This document shows positions 8,057-17,852 of a DNA stretch of 64,000 nucleotides, in pieces. This DNA comes from Parcubacteria group bacterium Greene1014_15 (lineage in GTDB: Bacteria; Patescibacteriota; Minisyncoccia; Phycocordibacterales; VMGT01), in assembly GCA_007376725.1 (NCBI GenBank), contig VMGT01000003.1, positions 4,470 to 68,469 of the forward strand, in the 5' to 3' direction. The notes beneath the pieces were generated by a model. The model was not told where the DNA came from. It made no database searches and was given only the letters and a program-made list of their open reading frames with translations. How positions within the stretch are numbered: the stretch's first letter is position 1; every line of letters begins with the position of its first letter. The position numbers were made by a program, and so were the translations under genes.

Positions 8057-8821
8057 ATGGTAAAAAGAAAAGATACATCATGGGGGAGGGTTGCAGATTG
8101 GTATGACGCGCATCTCGAAAATTCTGAAGATACATATCAGAGCAGGGTGATACTCCCTAATATTTTAAGAATTCTTGATTTGAAAAAGGATGAGCGCGTC
8201 CTTGACCTTGGGTGCGGTCAAGGTTTTTTCTCGCGCGCATTTTTGAAAACCGGCGCTCATGTGGAAGGATGCGATATCTCGGAAGAATTGATACAACTGG
8301 CAAAAAAAGAATCACCAAAAGAGATTGCATTCCATACTGCTTCTGCTGATGCGCTTTTGTTTGCAAAAAATGGAAGTTTTAATGTTGTTGTTTGTATTCT
8401 CGCACTGCAGAATATTGAAAATCTTTCAGGAACTCTCTCTGAAGTTGCGCGCGTGTTACTATCCGACGGACGATTTGTTATTGTCCTCAATCATCCAGCT
8501 TTTCGAATTCCGAAGTTTTCAAGTTGGGGATGGGACGAAGAGGGTGCCGTACAATATCGAAGAGTTGATCGCTATTTGTCGGCACGTTCTGCGAGCATTG
8601 ACATGCATCCGGGAAAACAAACAAAACAACAAACTATTTCCTATCATTGCTCGCTCCAAGATTTTTTTAAAGCTTTTACAAAAACTGGTTTTGTGGTAAC
8701 ACGTCTTGAAGAATGGATATCGCATAAAAAAAGCGAAAAAGGCCCCCGGCAATTTGCTGAAGACCGTTCGCGAAAAGAAATCCCCCTGTTTTTAATGTTG
8801 GAAACGCAAAAACTATTTTGA
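8057..8821 (+). CDS. class I SAM-dependent methyltransferase
   Basis: Motif I VLDLGCGQGFFS. Acidic residue after beta2 (GCDISEE). Methyltransferase-11-like length. Confidence 0.8.
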   Translation: MVKRKDTSWGRVADWYDAHLENSEDTYQSRVILPNILRILDLKKDERVLDLGCGQGFFSRAFLKTGAHVEGCDISEELIQLAKKESPKEIAFHTASADALLFAKNGSFNVVVCILALQNIENLSGTLSEVARVLLSDGRFVIVLNHPAFRIPKFSSWGWDEEGAVQYRRVDRYLSARSASIDMHPGKQTKQQTISYHCSLQDFFKAFTKTGFVVTRLEEWISHKKSEKGPRQFAEDRSRKEIPLFLMLETQKLF

Positions 8822-11122
8822 TGTAATGTAATCCCCCGAAACCCAACCATCGGGGTTGCTTTTGAAATCAATCTTCCACCACCAATTTGTTTGTCTGTAG
8901 GGCTGATAGATAGGACCTCCCAAAACCGAACCGATGGAACTCCCCGCTTGTTCGCCGATTTTCACACCCCCGGCAGTCGAGCGGATATTTACTTTTTCTT
9001 TTGTTTGCACACTCGCGTTTATTGCAAAATTTGACGTCGGAGACAGGGATACAAGGTACTGTCCTGATGTCCAACCTTCAATCATATCTGCTTGGAATTT
9101 GATTTTGTACCAAGTGTGCCCGTCTGCTTGTATTGGGAGAGCGCCTATTACTCCCACGGCGTTCGGTTTTTCACGTCCAAGAATCGTGCCTTGAAGTGAT
9201 GGAGTTTTTCGGACACGGACGGTCTCCCCGGACGACACTTTTACATACGAACCGATCGAAAATGCGCCAGGTGTGGGAGAAGCAACTGGAGAGGGCGCAA
9301 TTGGAAGGGTACTCACTATCGGCAGTTCGGGTGCAGCTGGCACAGCAGGAGAGGGCGCTCTGTCGACTACGGTGTATTCGTAAGCTCCAACATCAAGACA
9401 GCATCCTTGTGGCCGGCTGTTCCCGATGAAATCGATAGAAATGCCGGACACAGCTATTCCCGTATCAATAGCAGGGGACGTTGCCTGCAGAGAGAAGTTA
9501 TAAGCGGAAGCATTAGAAAATTTTGGATCTGCGCTGAAATTTTTCTCTGAAGTAGAGAGGCCGCTTGAGCCAGGCGAAGCATCAAGTTTAGATGAATGAT
9601 AGAAAATGTTATTGCGAATGCTATGTCCCGCCCCTGCGTAGATGAAATCAATTCCTGCTGTGTCACCTGTTGAGAGATTTAAAGCATTCAAATAGAATAT
9701 GTTATTCACTATCTTTGAATTTGTCGTGTCTTCCCAAAGCGCAACTCCTGCGCGGAATCTACTGTAAGCAATAACATTATTTGCAAGTAATGCATTACGT
9801 ACGCGACTATATTGCTCATTGGTATATTTTAGATTTGAGAATGGATATCCCGCCAAATAGATTCCGTACGCTCGCACATCGTATATGACATTGTTTGAAA
9901 TGCGATAATCGCTGCCGGTAAGGTGCATGCCGTGGTTTTTGTCGTCATTCGTTTTGTTTGCCAAATCTTTTAGGCCGATACGATACACTCGATTGCTGTC
10001 AATGGTGACACGGAGTCCTCCTATGCCTTCGATACCCGAATAAAAGGTATCGTGCATAGTATTGTTCTTGATGACTACATCGGTTGCATTATAGAATCTG
10101 ATTCCTTCGTGTGCATTCTTGATTTCAAGCCCTTCTATAACAATCCATGAAATGGGGGATGCTTTGTTTGTCACGGCTTGCAACTCGATTCGTTTCGTTG
10201 CACTCAAAGCATTTGTAACTCCGAAATCAAAAAGGGGACGTTCACCCGGAAAATTGCGAAATGTGATCACCGCATCTTTAGTTCCGGAATATCGCGCGGT
10301 GAATCCGTCTCGATACATACCTTCTCGGAACAAAATCGTATCTCCAGCGCGTGCCGTGTCAGCTGCTTTTTGCGCTGTTTTCCAAGGCGCCTCTAGGGTG
10401 CCCGCGTTGATGTCATTTCCTTGCGGAGAGACAATATATGTGGTTCCTGTGCTTATGATTGATGTCGGAGGTGCCACCGCGGGCGTAGATGGAGACACTG
10501 TTGGTGTTGAAGAAGCGGAAACAGGTGTGCTTGCGATGGCGAGAGTCCCATACACTTCGATCTCGCGCGCCTGGGTTGCTGAAGCGGAGACACGATTGCT
10601 GCTCACTGTTACGCGGATATAGCGTGCGGCAACATTGGTTAAAGCTTCTTCAAACCACCCATTTCCAAGCGCTTCCTTTGCACTAAAGGCATTTGCCCAA
10701 GTATGAGAGGATTCTTTTTTGTACTCGAGTGTCCAGCTCTCGGAAATGCCTGTGCCATCCGCATCTCCAAATATTCGCGCCGATTGTAAATCATATATTG
10801 CGCCAAAATCGAATTCTACAAAGAACGAGGCTGTATCTGGAGCGTTTGCCGTGCATTCTGGTGTTCCCACTGTGCACCCATCCCAAAGCTTTGGAGAAAG
10901 CTGTGGTGCAGTGAAATTCGCGGAATCTTTAACAAATGTTTTTGTTGAAAGAAGCTGTGTGCCGCTCATATCTATGACTGCGGCAAAATTTTTGATGTTT
11001 GAGAGCAGTTTTGAGACGGAAATGAATTTGCCAGGAAGAATATATGTGCAAAAGAAAAGCAAACCAATTGCACTTAACGCAACACACATATGCTTTTTTG
11101 TAAGAGGATTATTTGAAAACAT
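8813..11122 (-). CDS. large secreted right-handed beta-helix (pectate-lyase-like PbH1 repeat) surface protein
   Basis: N-terminal signal or TM, a possible discoidin-like segment, a Thr/Pro/Ser linker (STPVSASSTPTVSPSTPAVAPPTS), multiple NN[IV]xY beta-helix repeats (NNTMHDT, NNVIYDV, NNVIAYS, NNIFYLN, NNIFYHS) and a C-terminal SH3-like segment. Confidence 0.7.
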   Translation of the reverse strand: MFSNNPLTKKHMCVALSAIGLLFFCTYILPGKFISVSKLLSNIKNFAAVIDMSGTQLLSTKTFVKDSANFTAPQLSPKLWDGCTVGTPECTANAPDTASFFVEFDFGAIYDLQSARIFGDADGTGISESWTLEYKKESSHTWANAFSAKEALGNGWFEEALTNVAARYIRVTVSSNRVSASATQAREIEVYGTLAIASTPVSASSTPTVSPSTPAVAPPTSIISTGTTYIVSPQGNDINAGTLEAPWKTAQKAADTARAGDTILFREGMYRDGFTARYSGTKDAVITFRNFPGERPLFDFGVTNALSATKRIELQAVTNKASPISWIVIEGLEIKNAHEGIRFYNATDVVIKNNTMHDTFYSGIEGIGGLRVTIDSNRVYRIGLKDLANKTNDDKNHGMHLTGSDYRISNNVIYDVRAYGIYLAGYPFSNLKYTNEQYSRVRNALLANNVIAYSRFRAGVALWEDTTNSKIVNNIFYLNALNLSTGDTAGIDFIYAGAGHSIRNNIFYHSSKLDASPGSSGLSTSEKNFSADPKFSNASAYNFSLQATSPAIDTGIAVSGISIDFIGNSRPQGCCLDVGAYEYTVVDRAPSPAVPAAPELPIVSTLPIAPSPVASPTPGAFSIGSYVKVSSGETVRVRKTPSLQGTILGREKPNAVGVIGALPIQADGHTWYKIKFQADMIEGWTSGQYLVSLSPTSNFAINASVQTKEKVNIRSTAGGVKIGEQAGSSIGSVLGGPIYQPYRQTNWWWKIDFKSNPDGWVSGDYITSK

Positions 11123-11298
11123 ACACTATGGTTCAAGTATACATGCTTTTGTATGATGTTGTTGATAGTTTTCAACAGGACTGTGGGAAAAAGAACAAAC
11201 ACGCTGTGACTACAGAAAAAGTGACACAAATTTTGGATACTATTGTGGATACCACAATGGATTGACACGAGCGAGTGTGTTAGGCTCGTGAGTATAAG

Positions 11299-14298
11299 TT
11301 GTTGTTAATAAAATCTCTCTTTTCTATGGCATCTACTCGTTGTTTTAGACTTCGTGTGCGCACACCTTTGTTTTTTGCCGTTGCGTGTCTTTTGCTATTT
11401 GCAACATCCCTCGTGCGCGCTGAAATAGTTTTTCCTTTTAAATTTTCAGGAGGTAATTCTTGTGTGTCATTTGAAGCATGCAGAACATACTGTATGTCGA
11501 TAGGTGTGTTGAGCGCCGATACGGAGACGTGCAAAATGTTTATTGGAACAACGACGACTACAACAACTGCACCCCCACCCACAACATCAACTACATCGCC
11601 TACGACATCGCCGACCCCACTGATAACAACAAGTCCGACGCTGATCTCTACAACCACATCTGATTTTATGACGATACAGCAAAGTGTTCCTGCTGCGCCC
11701 ACGAGTCTCTCGCTATCTCATCAAGACGGCGCCAATGTTACATTGGTTTGGATAGATAACGCAACAAATGAGAATTTTTTTAAACTCGCGTGGAAGAGTG
11801 ACACAGAACTTTTCCAAGGCGTCGGCACTATTCCAAGTGGTACCACATCCTCGACACATCATGGAATTGTTGGAAATAATTTTTATGTCGTACGAGCATG
11901 CAATGATGTAGGATGTAGCGCAGGATCTAACATTCTTTCTGTTATTGTTCCTGATACGCAAACGGTCACGAATCTGAATACAACTTCTACAACCACCACT
12001 TTGTCGGAGCCGCTTTCTCCCACAACTGATCCAATTGAAAGTCCTACTGCCGTACCATCTCGAGTGATTCTTCAATCACAAACGATGACTGACATAAAGC
12101 CTGCTGTTCCGCAAGCGATAGCAAGTCCTGTAGTAATTTCCGGTTCAGTACATGCGACAGATGGCTCTGTTCTCCCTGTGAGCGGATATGTTGAGGTATT
12201 TTATGAAGATAGAGCTCTTGGAAAAGCTGCGGGAGCTGCATTTACTGATGGAGAGTTTTCTGTTCAAGTTGCTGCGGGAAATTACTATGTCAAGATATTT
12301 TTGCCAGCGACAACTGGCTATACACCGTCCGTCCCACAAAGAATTACTGTTACGAATGATACCGAAGTCACCTTTACGGCGAGCGCCAATGCCTCGATTG
12401 TTGGAGGTAAAATCCTCGAGACTGGAACCGGCGCTGTTGCGGCCGGTGTGTCTGGCCGAGTTGTTGCATCATCAAACAATGGCATGTGGCAGGAAGCGCT
12501 CATTGGGACGGACGGAACGTATATACTCAAGCTCGGCATTGGTACGTGGCTTGTTGGTGTTGAAATAGAAAGTGAGAGCGAATACATCGTTTTCGGTGAG
12601 AGGCAATTTCCTATTACTATTACCGCAGATACGCGAATAGAACGAAACTTTATGGTAGAAAAAGCTTCGAGTATTGTCGAAGGACATATTCTCGATCACG
12701 ATGGCGCTGGTGTTGCAGATGTATATGTGGCCATAGATGATAGGCAGTATTCTCCGGGGAACACAGTTGTTTTCATGACAAACCAAAACATTCTGGGCAC
12801 AATGAAACAAATGACTACAGACGCGCGGGGCTATTTCACGACGAAAGTACCCCCTGGAACATATTTTGTACGAACATTCGTGCGTGCCAATCGAGGATAT
12901 ATCAATGCAAAAGAGCGGCAAATACTCGTGAGCGGGGCTAAGACGACAATAAATTTGGAACTGCAGAAGCCAGATGTTTTGATATCAGGCATTGTTTCCA
13001 TTAATGGTTCTCCTGTGGCGGGGGCATTCGTCTGGACATGGTCAAAAGCGGGAGGTTACCAAGAAGCAATCTCAACAAGTAACGGTATGTATTCATTGCG
13101 AGTTCTCCCTGATAGTTCCTGGGTTATTGCGGCGAGAGCGCACGTAAACGACGTTGTATATATGGCGAATGAGGTTGCCGTTGCTGTCGCGGGTGTAACT
13201 CCGATTCACTATGATATCAATCTGCAGGTTGGCAGAGAAATTCCGAAAGCCGCTGTTCTTGAAGCGCAGGCGAATGCTCCGGTTGTGGTGACTGTTGCAA
13301 GCGGCGGCCCTACGATTACTGCTCCGGCAAATACTTTTTCAACTTCGGGAACTGTAGAGATCACGGTCGTGCCCGACACACGAGCCCCTTCACAAGGAGA
13401 GACACATGTTGTCGGTACGGCCTATGATTTTAGTGCGACAAATGTAGAAGGTCAAAATATTACGAATTTTTCACAAGATGTAGTTATTACTATTCCTTAT
13501 AGCGAAGCTGATGTCGTTGCGTTTGGAGTATCGGAAAAAGAGCTCGTCCTTAGTTATTGGGACGAAGGAGTCAGCGCATGGAAAAATATAGATAATTCAA
13601 TCGTAAATACTGTGGATAATACAGTAACAGCGGCTGTGAACCACTTTACACGATTTGCCGTTTTGGCAGCGGCTGATGTTACGCCGCCGGAACCTCCCAC
13701 AGCTTTTGTTGCATCTGCCCTCGGCAATGGCAAAGTACGACTTACGTGGTCAAACCCGCTCAAAGATTTCGATCATGCAAAAGTATATCGCTCGGATGTA
13801 AAAAATAGTCTTGGTATGGTTATCGCTGGTGAAGTTTCCGGTGTGGAATACACCGATGAATCAGGATTAAAAAATGCGACCGCATATTATTACGCAATTC
13901 GTGCCGTAGATCCTGCAGGTAATGAGTCAAATAATGTGACACAGGTGCAAGCGATTGCAGTTGGCACGAGTCTGGTCAAAGTTGCCATGCTCGATCTGCC
14001 GCCAGCTCCAATTCCGGCGACTGGAGCAGCAGTCAAAATAACAGGATTAATTTCTCGCACCTTAAAATTGGGCATGCGTGGTGCAGATGTAACTGTGCTT
14101 CAAAAATTACTTCTACGGGAAAATGTGTATCCGGAAGCAAAGATCACAGGCTATTTTGGAAAATTGACCAAGACAGCTGTTATCAAGTATCAAGAGAAAT
14201 ATGCGAGTGAAATTTTGACGTCCCTTAATCTCACGAAAGGGACTGGTATTGTCGGGGTAAAAACGCGGACAAAAATGAACACATCACTGGCAGAGTAA
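11299..14298 (+). CDS. large secreted surface protein with Thr-rich linker, Ig or FN3-like and carboxypeptidase-regulatory-like repeats and C-terminal peptidoglycan-binding domain
   Basis: Signal peptide. TTTTTTTAPPPTTSTTSPTTSPT linker. Repeated beta-sandwich-like segments. C-terminus LKLGMRGADVTVLQKLLLRENVYPEAKITGYFGKLTKTAVIKYQEK matches the PG_binding_1 pattern. Confidence 0.7.
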   Translation: MLLIKSLFSMASTRCFRLRVRTPLFFAVACLLLFATSLVRAEIVFPFKFSGGNSCVSFEACRTYCMSIGVLSADTETCKMFIGTTTTTTTAPPPTTSTTSPTTSPTPLITTSPTLISTTTSDFMTIQQSVPAAPTSLSLSHQDGANVTLVWIDNATNENFFKLAWKSDTELFQGVGTIPSGTTSSTHHGIVGNNFYVVRACNDVGCSAGSNILSVIVPDTQTVTNLNTTSTTTTLSEPLSPTTDPIESPTAVPSRVILQSQTMTDIKPAVPQAIASPVVISGSVHATDGSVLPVSGYVEVFYEDRALGKAAGAAFTDGEFSVQVAAGNYYVKIFLPATTGYTPSVPQRITVTNDTEVTFTASANASIVGGKILETGTGAVAAGVSGRVVASSNNGMWQEALIGTDGTYILKLGIGTWLVGVEIESESEYIVFGERQFPITITADTRIERNFMVEKASSIVEGHILDHDGAGVADVYVAIDDRQYSPGNTVVFMTNQNILGTMKQMTTDARGYFTTKVPPGTYFVRTFVRANRGYINAKERQILVSGAKTTINLELQKPDVLISGIVSINGSPVAGAFVWTWSKAGGYQEAISTSNGMYSLRVLPDSSWVIAARAHVNDVVYMANEVAVAVAGVTPIHYDINLQVGREIPKAAVLEAQANAPVVVTVASGGPTITAPANTFSTSGTVEITVVPDTRAPSQGETHVVGTAYDFSATNVEGQNITNFSQDVVITIPYSEADVVAFGVSEKELVLSYWDEGVSAWKNIDNSIVNTVDNTVTAAVNHFTRFAVLAAADVTPPEPPTAFVASALGNGKVRLTWSNPLKDFDHAKVYRSDVKNSLGMVIAGEVSGVEYTDESGLKNATAYYYAIRAVDPAGNESNNVTQVQAIAVGTSLVKVAMLDLPPAPIPATGAAVKITGLISRTLKLGMRGADVTVLQKLLLRENVYPEAKITGYFGKLTKTAVIKYQEKYASEILTSLNLTKGTGIVGVKTRTKMNTSLAE

Positions 14299-14352
14299 AA
14301 CAAAGAACAGATTTCAAAAAAGACCTCTGCTAAGGGCTCTTTTTTGAAATCT

Positions 14353-14380
14353 TTGACAGAATTAATTAGTATGATATACT
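14353..14380 (+). promoter_or_regulatory. sigma70-like promoter TTGACA-16-TATACT
   Basis: TTGACA at about 14353-14358 and TATACT at about 14375-14380, immediately upstream of the GC-rich segment. Confidence 0.5.
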
Positions 14381-14387
14381 GTCCGTA

Positions 14388-14831
14388 GTTAAAGGCTGAT
14401 TTGAACATTGGGGCTTGCGTGGTAGAACAGCCGCCACACATGTAAACAAGCTCCGAGATGGGACAGTGGCGAGGGCCGCCGGCTCTGATGTGGGCTGCTG
14501 CGCAGGTGCCCTCTTTAACACAGGCTATGGGTGTTTTCTGGTGCTTGTCGTTACGAGCGTCTCCGACGATCGGTCGGGATTGCTTCGGGCTTGGGCCCAG
14601 CGTTTAGCAGCTCCGGGGCCGCAGTTACGCGCCGCGCCCCCCACTGTTCCTTTAGGGCACCAGCCACTTACCATCGCGAATGACGTGCGGAGAAACAGGT
14701 TTCTTCTCCGAACAACACACATATCGCGCCAGGGAGAAGGCTCGGACGCAAGTTGGCTACCCCCCAGTAGCGGGGCAATGGCCAAAGGCCGCCTTATCGC
14801 ACAATCTGCGACAGGCGGCCTTACCTTTTTT
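14388..14831 (+). ncRNA. candidate structured non-coding RNA of unknown family (GC-rich, promoter-to-terminator unit)
   Basis: GC content is far above the flanking DNA. It has its own promoter and terminator. Local helices include GAGGGC...GCCCTC and CGGAGAA...TTCTCCG. The ORFs inside are Arg/Ala/Pro/Gly-rich and lack an RBS. No hallmark motifs of RNase P, tmRNA or SRP RNA were found. Confidence 0.45.
14787..14831 (+). terminator. intrinsic terminator
   Basis: GGCCGCC-(TTA TCGCA CAATC TGCGA CA)-GGCGGCC followed by TTACCTTTTTT. Confidence 0.75.
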
Positions 14832-14858
14832 ACAAATCACAGTATACAATGAATAGTA

Positions 14859-15605
14859 ATGTTCAAGTATCTTATTGCGGTGTTGTGTTTAGTTTTTGGC
14901 GCACTCACGTTGATGTATTTTTATATTGGCGTACCAGTCATATATGACGGAGCGAAAGATGTTATTTTAAACGTTCATCGGGCGGACAACGCAGAGCAAT
15001 CAATTTCAAAAATATACATTTCCGCTTTCTATTTTGTTCCGAAAAACAAAAAGGAAGATATTTTTACAGGATGGAGCACGACGCTTCAAGAAAAACTTGA
15101 AGCTCTCATGCGTTTTCATACTGTGGAACTTCAAGAAAAATCTGAACTTACGTACACAATATATCCAGAACCCATTATCGGTCGTCTGAATAATATCGAA
15201 TATGACACTTTTATTACCCAGCACGGCAATCCAGAGGCGTTGCGTCATGTTGTGCCAGAAATAGAATCGAGAGTTTTTGAAGCGAATGGAGATTTGTTCC
15301 GGAATGATTTCGGAACGATTCCGAAAGATGCATATCATGTGCTTGTCGTGATGTATGAAGGTGTTGGTTCAATAGGCGGAGACAATATCGCGCTCATTTC
15401 TCGGACATTTCTTACAAGCAGTGAATATGCTCCTGTGAGCGAAAGTCTTCTTGCGCATGAGTTTTATCATACACTTGGCTTGCCGGATGCATATACGCTT
15501 CCCGAAGGCACCGTGACATCACAAGATATCATGGGACTTGGCAGGTATACTCCGATCGGGCAGACATACCTTTCGCAAAAATCCCTTCAAGCATTAGGAC
15601 TGTAG
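14859..15605 (+). CDS. membrane-anchored zinc metallopeptidase-like protein (HExxH, metzincin-like)
   Basis: N-terminal TM YLIAVLCLVFGALTLMYFYIGV. HEFYHTLGLPDAY zinc-binding motif. Downstream Met (DIMGLG). Confidence 0.55.
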   Translation: MFKYLIAVLCLVFGALTLMYFYIGVPVIYDGAKDVILNVHRADNAEQSISKIYISAFYFVPKNKKEDIFTGWSTTLQEKLEALMRFHTVELQEKSELTYTIYPEPIIGRLNNIEYDTFITQHGNPEALRHVVPEIESRVFEANGDLFRNDFGTIPKDAYHVLVVMYEGVGSIGGDNIALISRTFLTSSEYAPVSESLLAHEFYHTLGLPDAYTLPEGTVTSQDIMGLGRYTPIGQTYLSQKSLQALGL

Positions 15606-15613
15606 CCTTTTTC

Positions 15614-17401
15614 ATGTATACATTGATCAAAATTACAGATTCACCCCTACGCACGCGGTTTTTGCTCTATTTTATTATTTTAACCACAGCGCCTGTGCTT
15701 GTCCTTGGCGCCGTGGCTATTTCTTTGATAGATGCTTCGCATCGCCGTGATGTTTCTGCACTCGAATTACAGCTTATCAACCAAAAGATTGAGGAGACTG
15801 AAAAATTTTTAGAGCGCACGCTTGGCGTTCTTGAAGTGGTTGTTGGCTACGACCAAAAAGTGGACATAGAACTTACACAGCAGAATTTCTTTTTGGACGG
15901 GCTTCTTTCAGAAAATGACGCTTTTGAAGAAGTCAGTTTTGCGTCTGTTGATTCTGCTGCATACGGGAAAGAAACAGCAAAAAAAAGCAAATTGTACAAA
16001 AATCCTGAATTATTTACTGTCGCACTTCTGCCGAAATTTATTGAGGCAAAAGAAGGAAAGACATACATCAGTGAAGTGTACTACACACTGAAAGGTCCTT
16101 TTGTAACGATGTCGGCTCCTGTGCGCAACAGAAATGGTATTATTGTTGAGGTTCTTTCTGCAGAGGTATCTCTTCAAGAAGTTGTCCAGTCTATCAATGC
16201 AGGAAGTATCGGGGCACGAGGAGGAATTGTGCTTGCAGATAATAACGGACGTTTGATTGCACATCGTGAGCCTATTTTTGCGAGTGGAGCGAAAATTGGA
16301 AATATCTTCTCTATCAAGCGCGTTCTTGCAGGAGAAAAAGTTGATGCACTGCAGCCGCAGGATCGCTATGAAAGTTTGTTTTACAAAGAGCCTGTTGTAG
16401 GGGCAGGAAAGAAGATGCCCGATCTGGGATGGGCTTTTCTTGCAGAATGGCCTCTTTCTGATGCCGATGCGGTCATAAACGGTGTTCGCAATCAAGTGTT
16501 AATTCTAACCCTTGTAAGTATCCTCGGAGTTCTCTTTTTTGCTCCGCTTGTTGCGTCGCGACTGACGAAACCCATCAATGCGCTCAAGTCTGGAGCAGAA
16601 GAAATAGAGCAGGGACATTTCGACAAAGAGGTAAGCATTGCAACCAAGGATGAGCTCGGAGAACTTGGCTTGGCGTTCAATCGGATGGCAAAAGGTCTGA
16701 AAAGACTTGAGGAACTCAAGAATGAATTTGTGTATATTGCTGCGCATGAACTGCGCGCACCCGTTACAGCAATAAAAGGATATGTTTCTCTTCTGGTCGA
16801 AGGACGCGCCAAAGGTGGGGTAACACTCGAAGCCGCAGAATTTATTGATCGAATTGACAGAGCGAACGAAGGGTTGGTTCATCTGGTGAATGATCTGCTC
16901 GAAGTTGCCCGATCTGACGCAGGTAAAATAGAAATTGCCGTGCAACCGGTTTCTCTTGGGGCAGTCGTGAAAGATGTTGTTGCGACAATGCGTATTTTGG
17001 CCGAACAAAAGAAAATCACTTTTCAAGTTCAAGGGGAAATTGCCGATCTGCACGTGCTCGCAGATCCAGATAAACTCAAAGAGATACTGACAAATTTGAT
17101 CAGCAATGCCATCAAATATACTCTTGGCGCAGGCGCTCTAGCAATCAAATATGAGCTTGATCAAGGAATGGTGATAACACACATAGAAGATACTGGCGTG
17201 GGTATTTCTTTTGAAGCGCAAAAGAAATTGTTTGAAAAGTTTTATCGGGTTAAAGCTGCCGGCACTGAAGAAGTTAACGGCACAGGTCTCGGTCTTTTTA
17301 TCGTGAAGCAGCTTGTCCAAAAGATGGGCGGAAAAATTTGGTTTGTGTCGCAAGAGGGCAAAGGCTCAACATTCAGTTTTTCATTGCCACGTGTATCATG
17401 A
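15614..17401 (+). CDS. sensor histidine kinase with periplasmic sensor domain, HAMP, HisKA and HATPase_c
   Basis: Two TM segments flank an approximately 270-aa extracytoplasmic domain. HAMP. H-box IAAHELRAPVTAIKGY. N, G1 and G2 boxes (LISNAIKYT, DTGVGIS, GTGLGLFIV). Confidence 0.85.
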   Translation: MYTLIKITDSPLRTRFLLYFIILTTAPVLVLGAVAISLIDASHRRDVSALELQLINQKIEETEKFLERTLGVLEVVVGYDQKVDIELTQQNFFLDGLLSENDAFEEVSFASVDSAAYGKETAKKSKLYKNPELFTVALLPKFIEAKEGKTYISEVYYTLKGPFVTMSAPVRNRNGIIVEVLSAEVSLQEVVQSINAGSIGARGGIVLADNNGRLIAHREPIFASGAKIGNIFSIKRVLAGEKVDALQPQDRYESLFYKEPVVGAGKKMPDLGWAFLAEWPLSDADAVINGVRNQVLILTLVSILGVLFFAPLVASRLTKPINALKSGAEEIEQGHFDKEVSIATKDELGELGLAFNRMAKGLKRLEELKNEFVYIAAHELRAPVTAIKGYVSLLVEGRAKGGVTLEAAEFIDRIDRANEGLVHLVNDLLEVARSDAGKIEIAVQPVSLGAVVKDVVATMRILAEQKKITFQVQGEIADLHVLADPDKLKEILTNLISNAIKYTLGAGALAIKYELDQGMVITHIEDTGVGISFEAQKKLFEKFYRVKAAGTEEVNGTGLGLFIVKQLVQKMGGKIWFVSQEGKGSTFSFSLPRVS

Positions 17402-17413
17402 TAAAATACTCTC

Positions 17414-17806
17414 ATGACACACCAAAGAAAGATACATATTTTACTCATTGATGACGACGAAGATTTTCGTCGGCTTTTTGGAGCGAAACTTGCGGAACAT
17501 GCGTATGAAGTACTCTATGCGACAAATGCCGAAAACGGACGAGAAATGGCGCGGAATTATAAGCCCGATCTGATTTTGCTTGATGTACGGATGCCGGGTA
17601 CGGACGGGTTCACGATCGCTCGAGCGATGCGGCAAGAAGATGCAACAAAAAATATTCCAATAGTATTTCTAACAAATGAAGATTTTTCTTTGGAGGCAAA
17701 ACAATGGGTAAAAGAACTCTATGTGAAAGACGTGATCCACAAAAGTATCGACTTGAATGAATTTGTAGAGCACGTAAGTGCCGTTGTTCGCGCGATGGGT
17801 AAATAA
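17414..17806 (+). CDS. single-domain response regulator (CheY-like receiver)
   Basis: ILLIDDDEDF, phospho-acceptor context LILLDVRMPGTDG, conserved T/K region. Confidence 0.8.
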   Translation: MTHQRKIHILLIDDDEDFRRLFGAKLAEHAYEVLYATNAENGREMARNYKPDLILLDVRMPGTDGFTIARAMRQEDATKNIPIVFLTNEDFSLEAKQWVKELYVKDVIHKSIDLNEFVEHVSAVVRAMGK

Positions 17807-17852
17807 AATGGCTCCATTTTGCAGATGCAAAATGGAGCCATTGAAAAATAGG

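Noticed and set aside
14388-14831. Assignment of the GC-rich RNA candidate to RNase P RNA, tmRNA or SRP RNA.
   Set aside because: The near-universal RNase P motif GGAAAGUCC is absent on both strands. There is no tmRNA 5-prime GGAUUCGAC, no T-arm or CCA 3-prime end and no convincing tag ORF (a GCGAATGAC, A-N-D, codon run exists but the frame runs on for more than 50 codons). The SRP domain IV GGAAGCAGCC is absent. Kept as unknown-family ncRNA.
14415-14852. 145-aa ORF (and antisense 86-aa ORF 14525..14785) inside the GC-rich segment as a protein-coding gene.
   Set aside because: The composition is Arg/Ala/Pro/Gly-rich, typical of spurious ORFs in GC-rich RNA genes. There is no RBS, and the ORF reads through the terminator hairpin.
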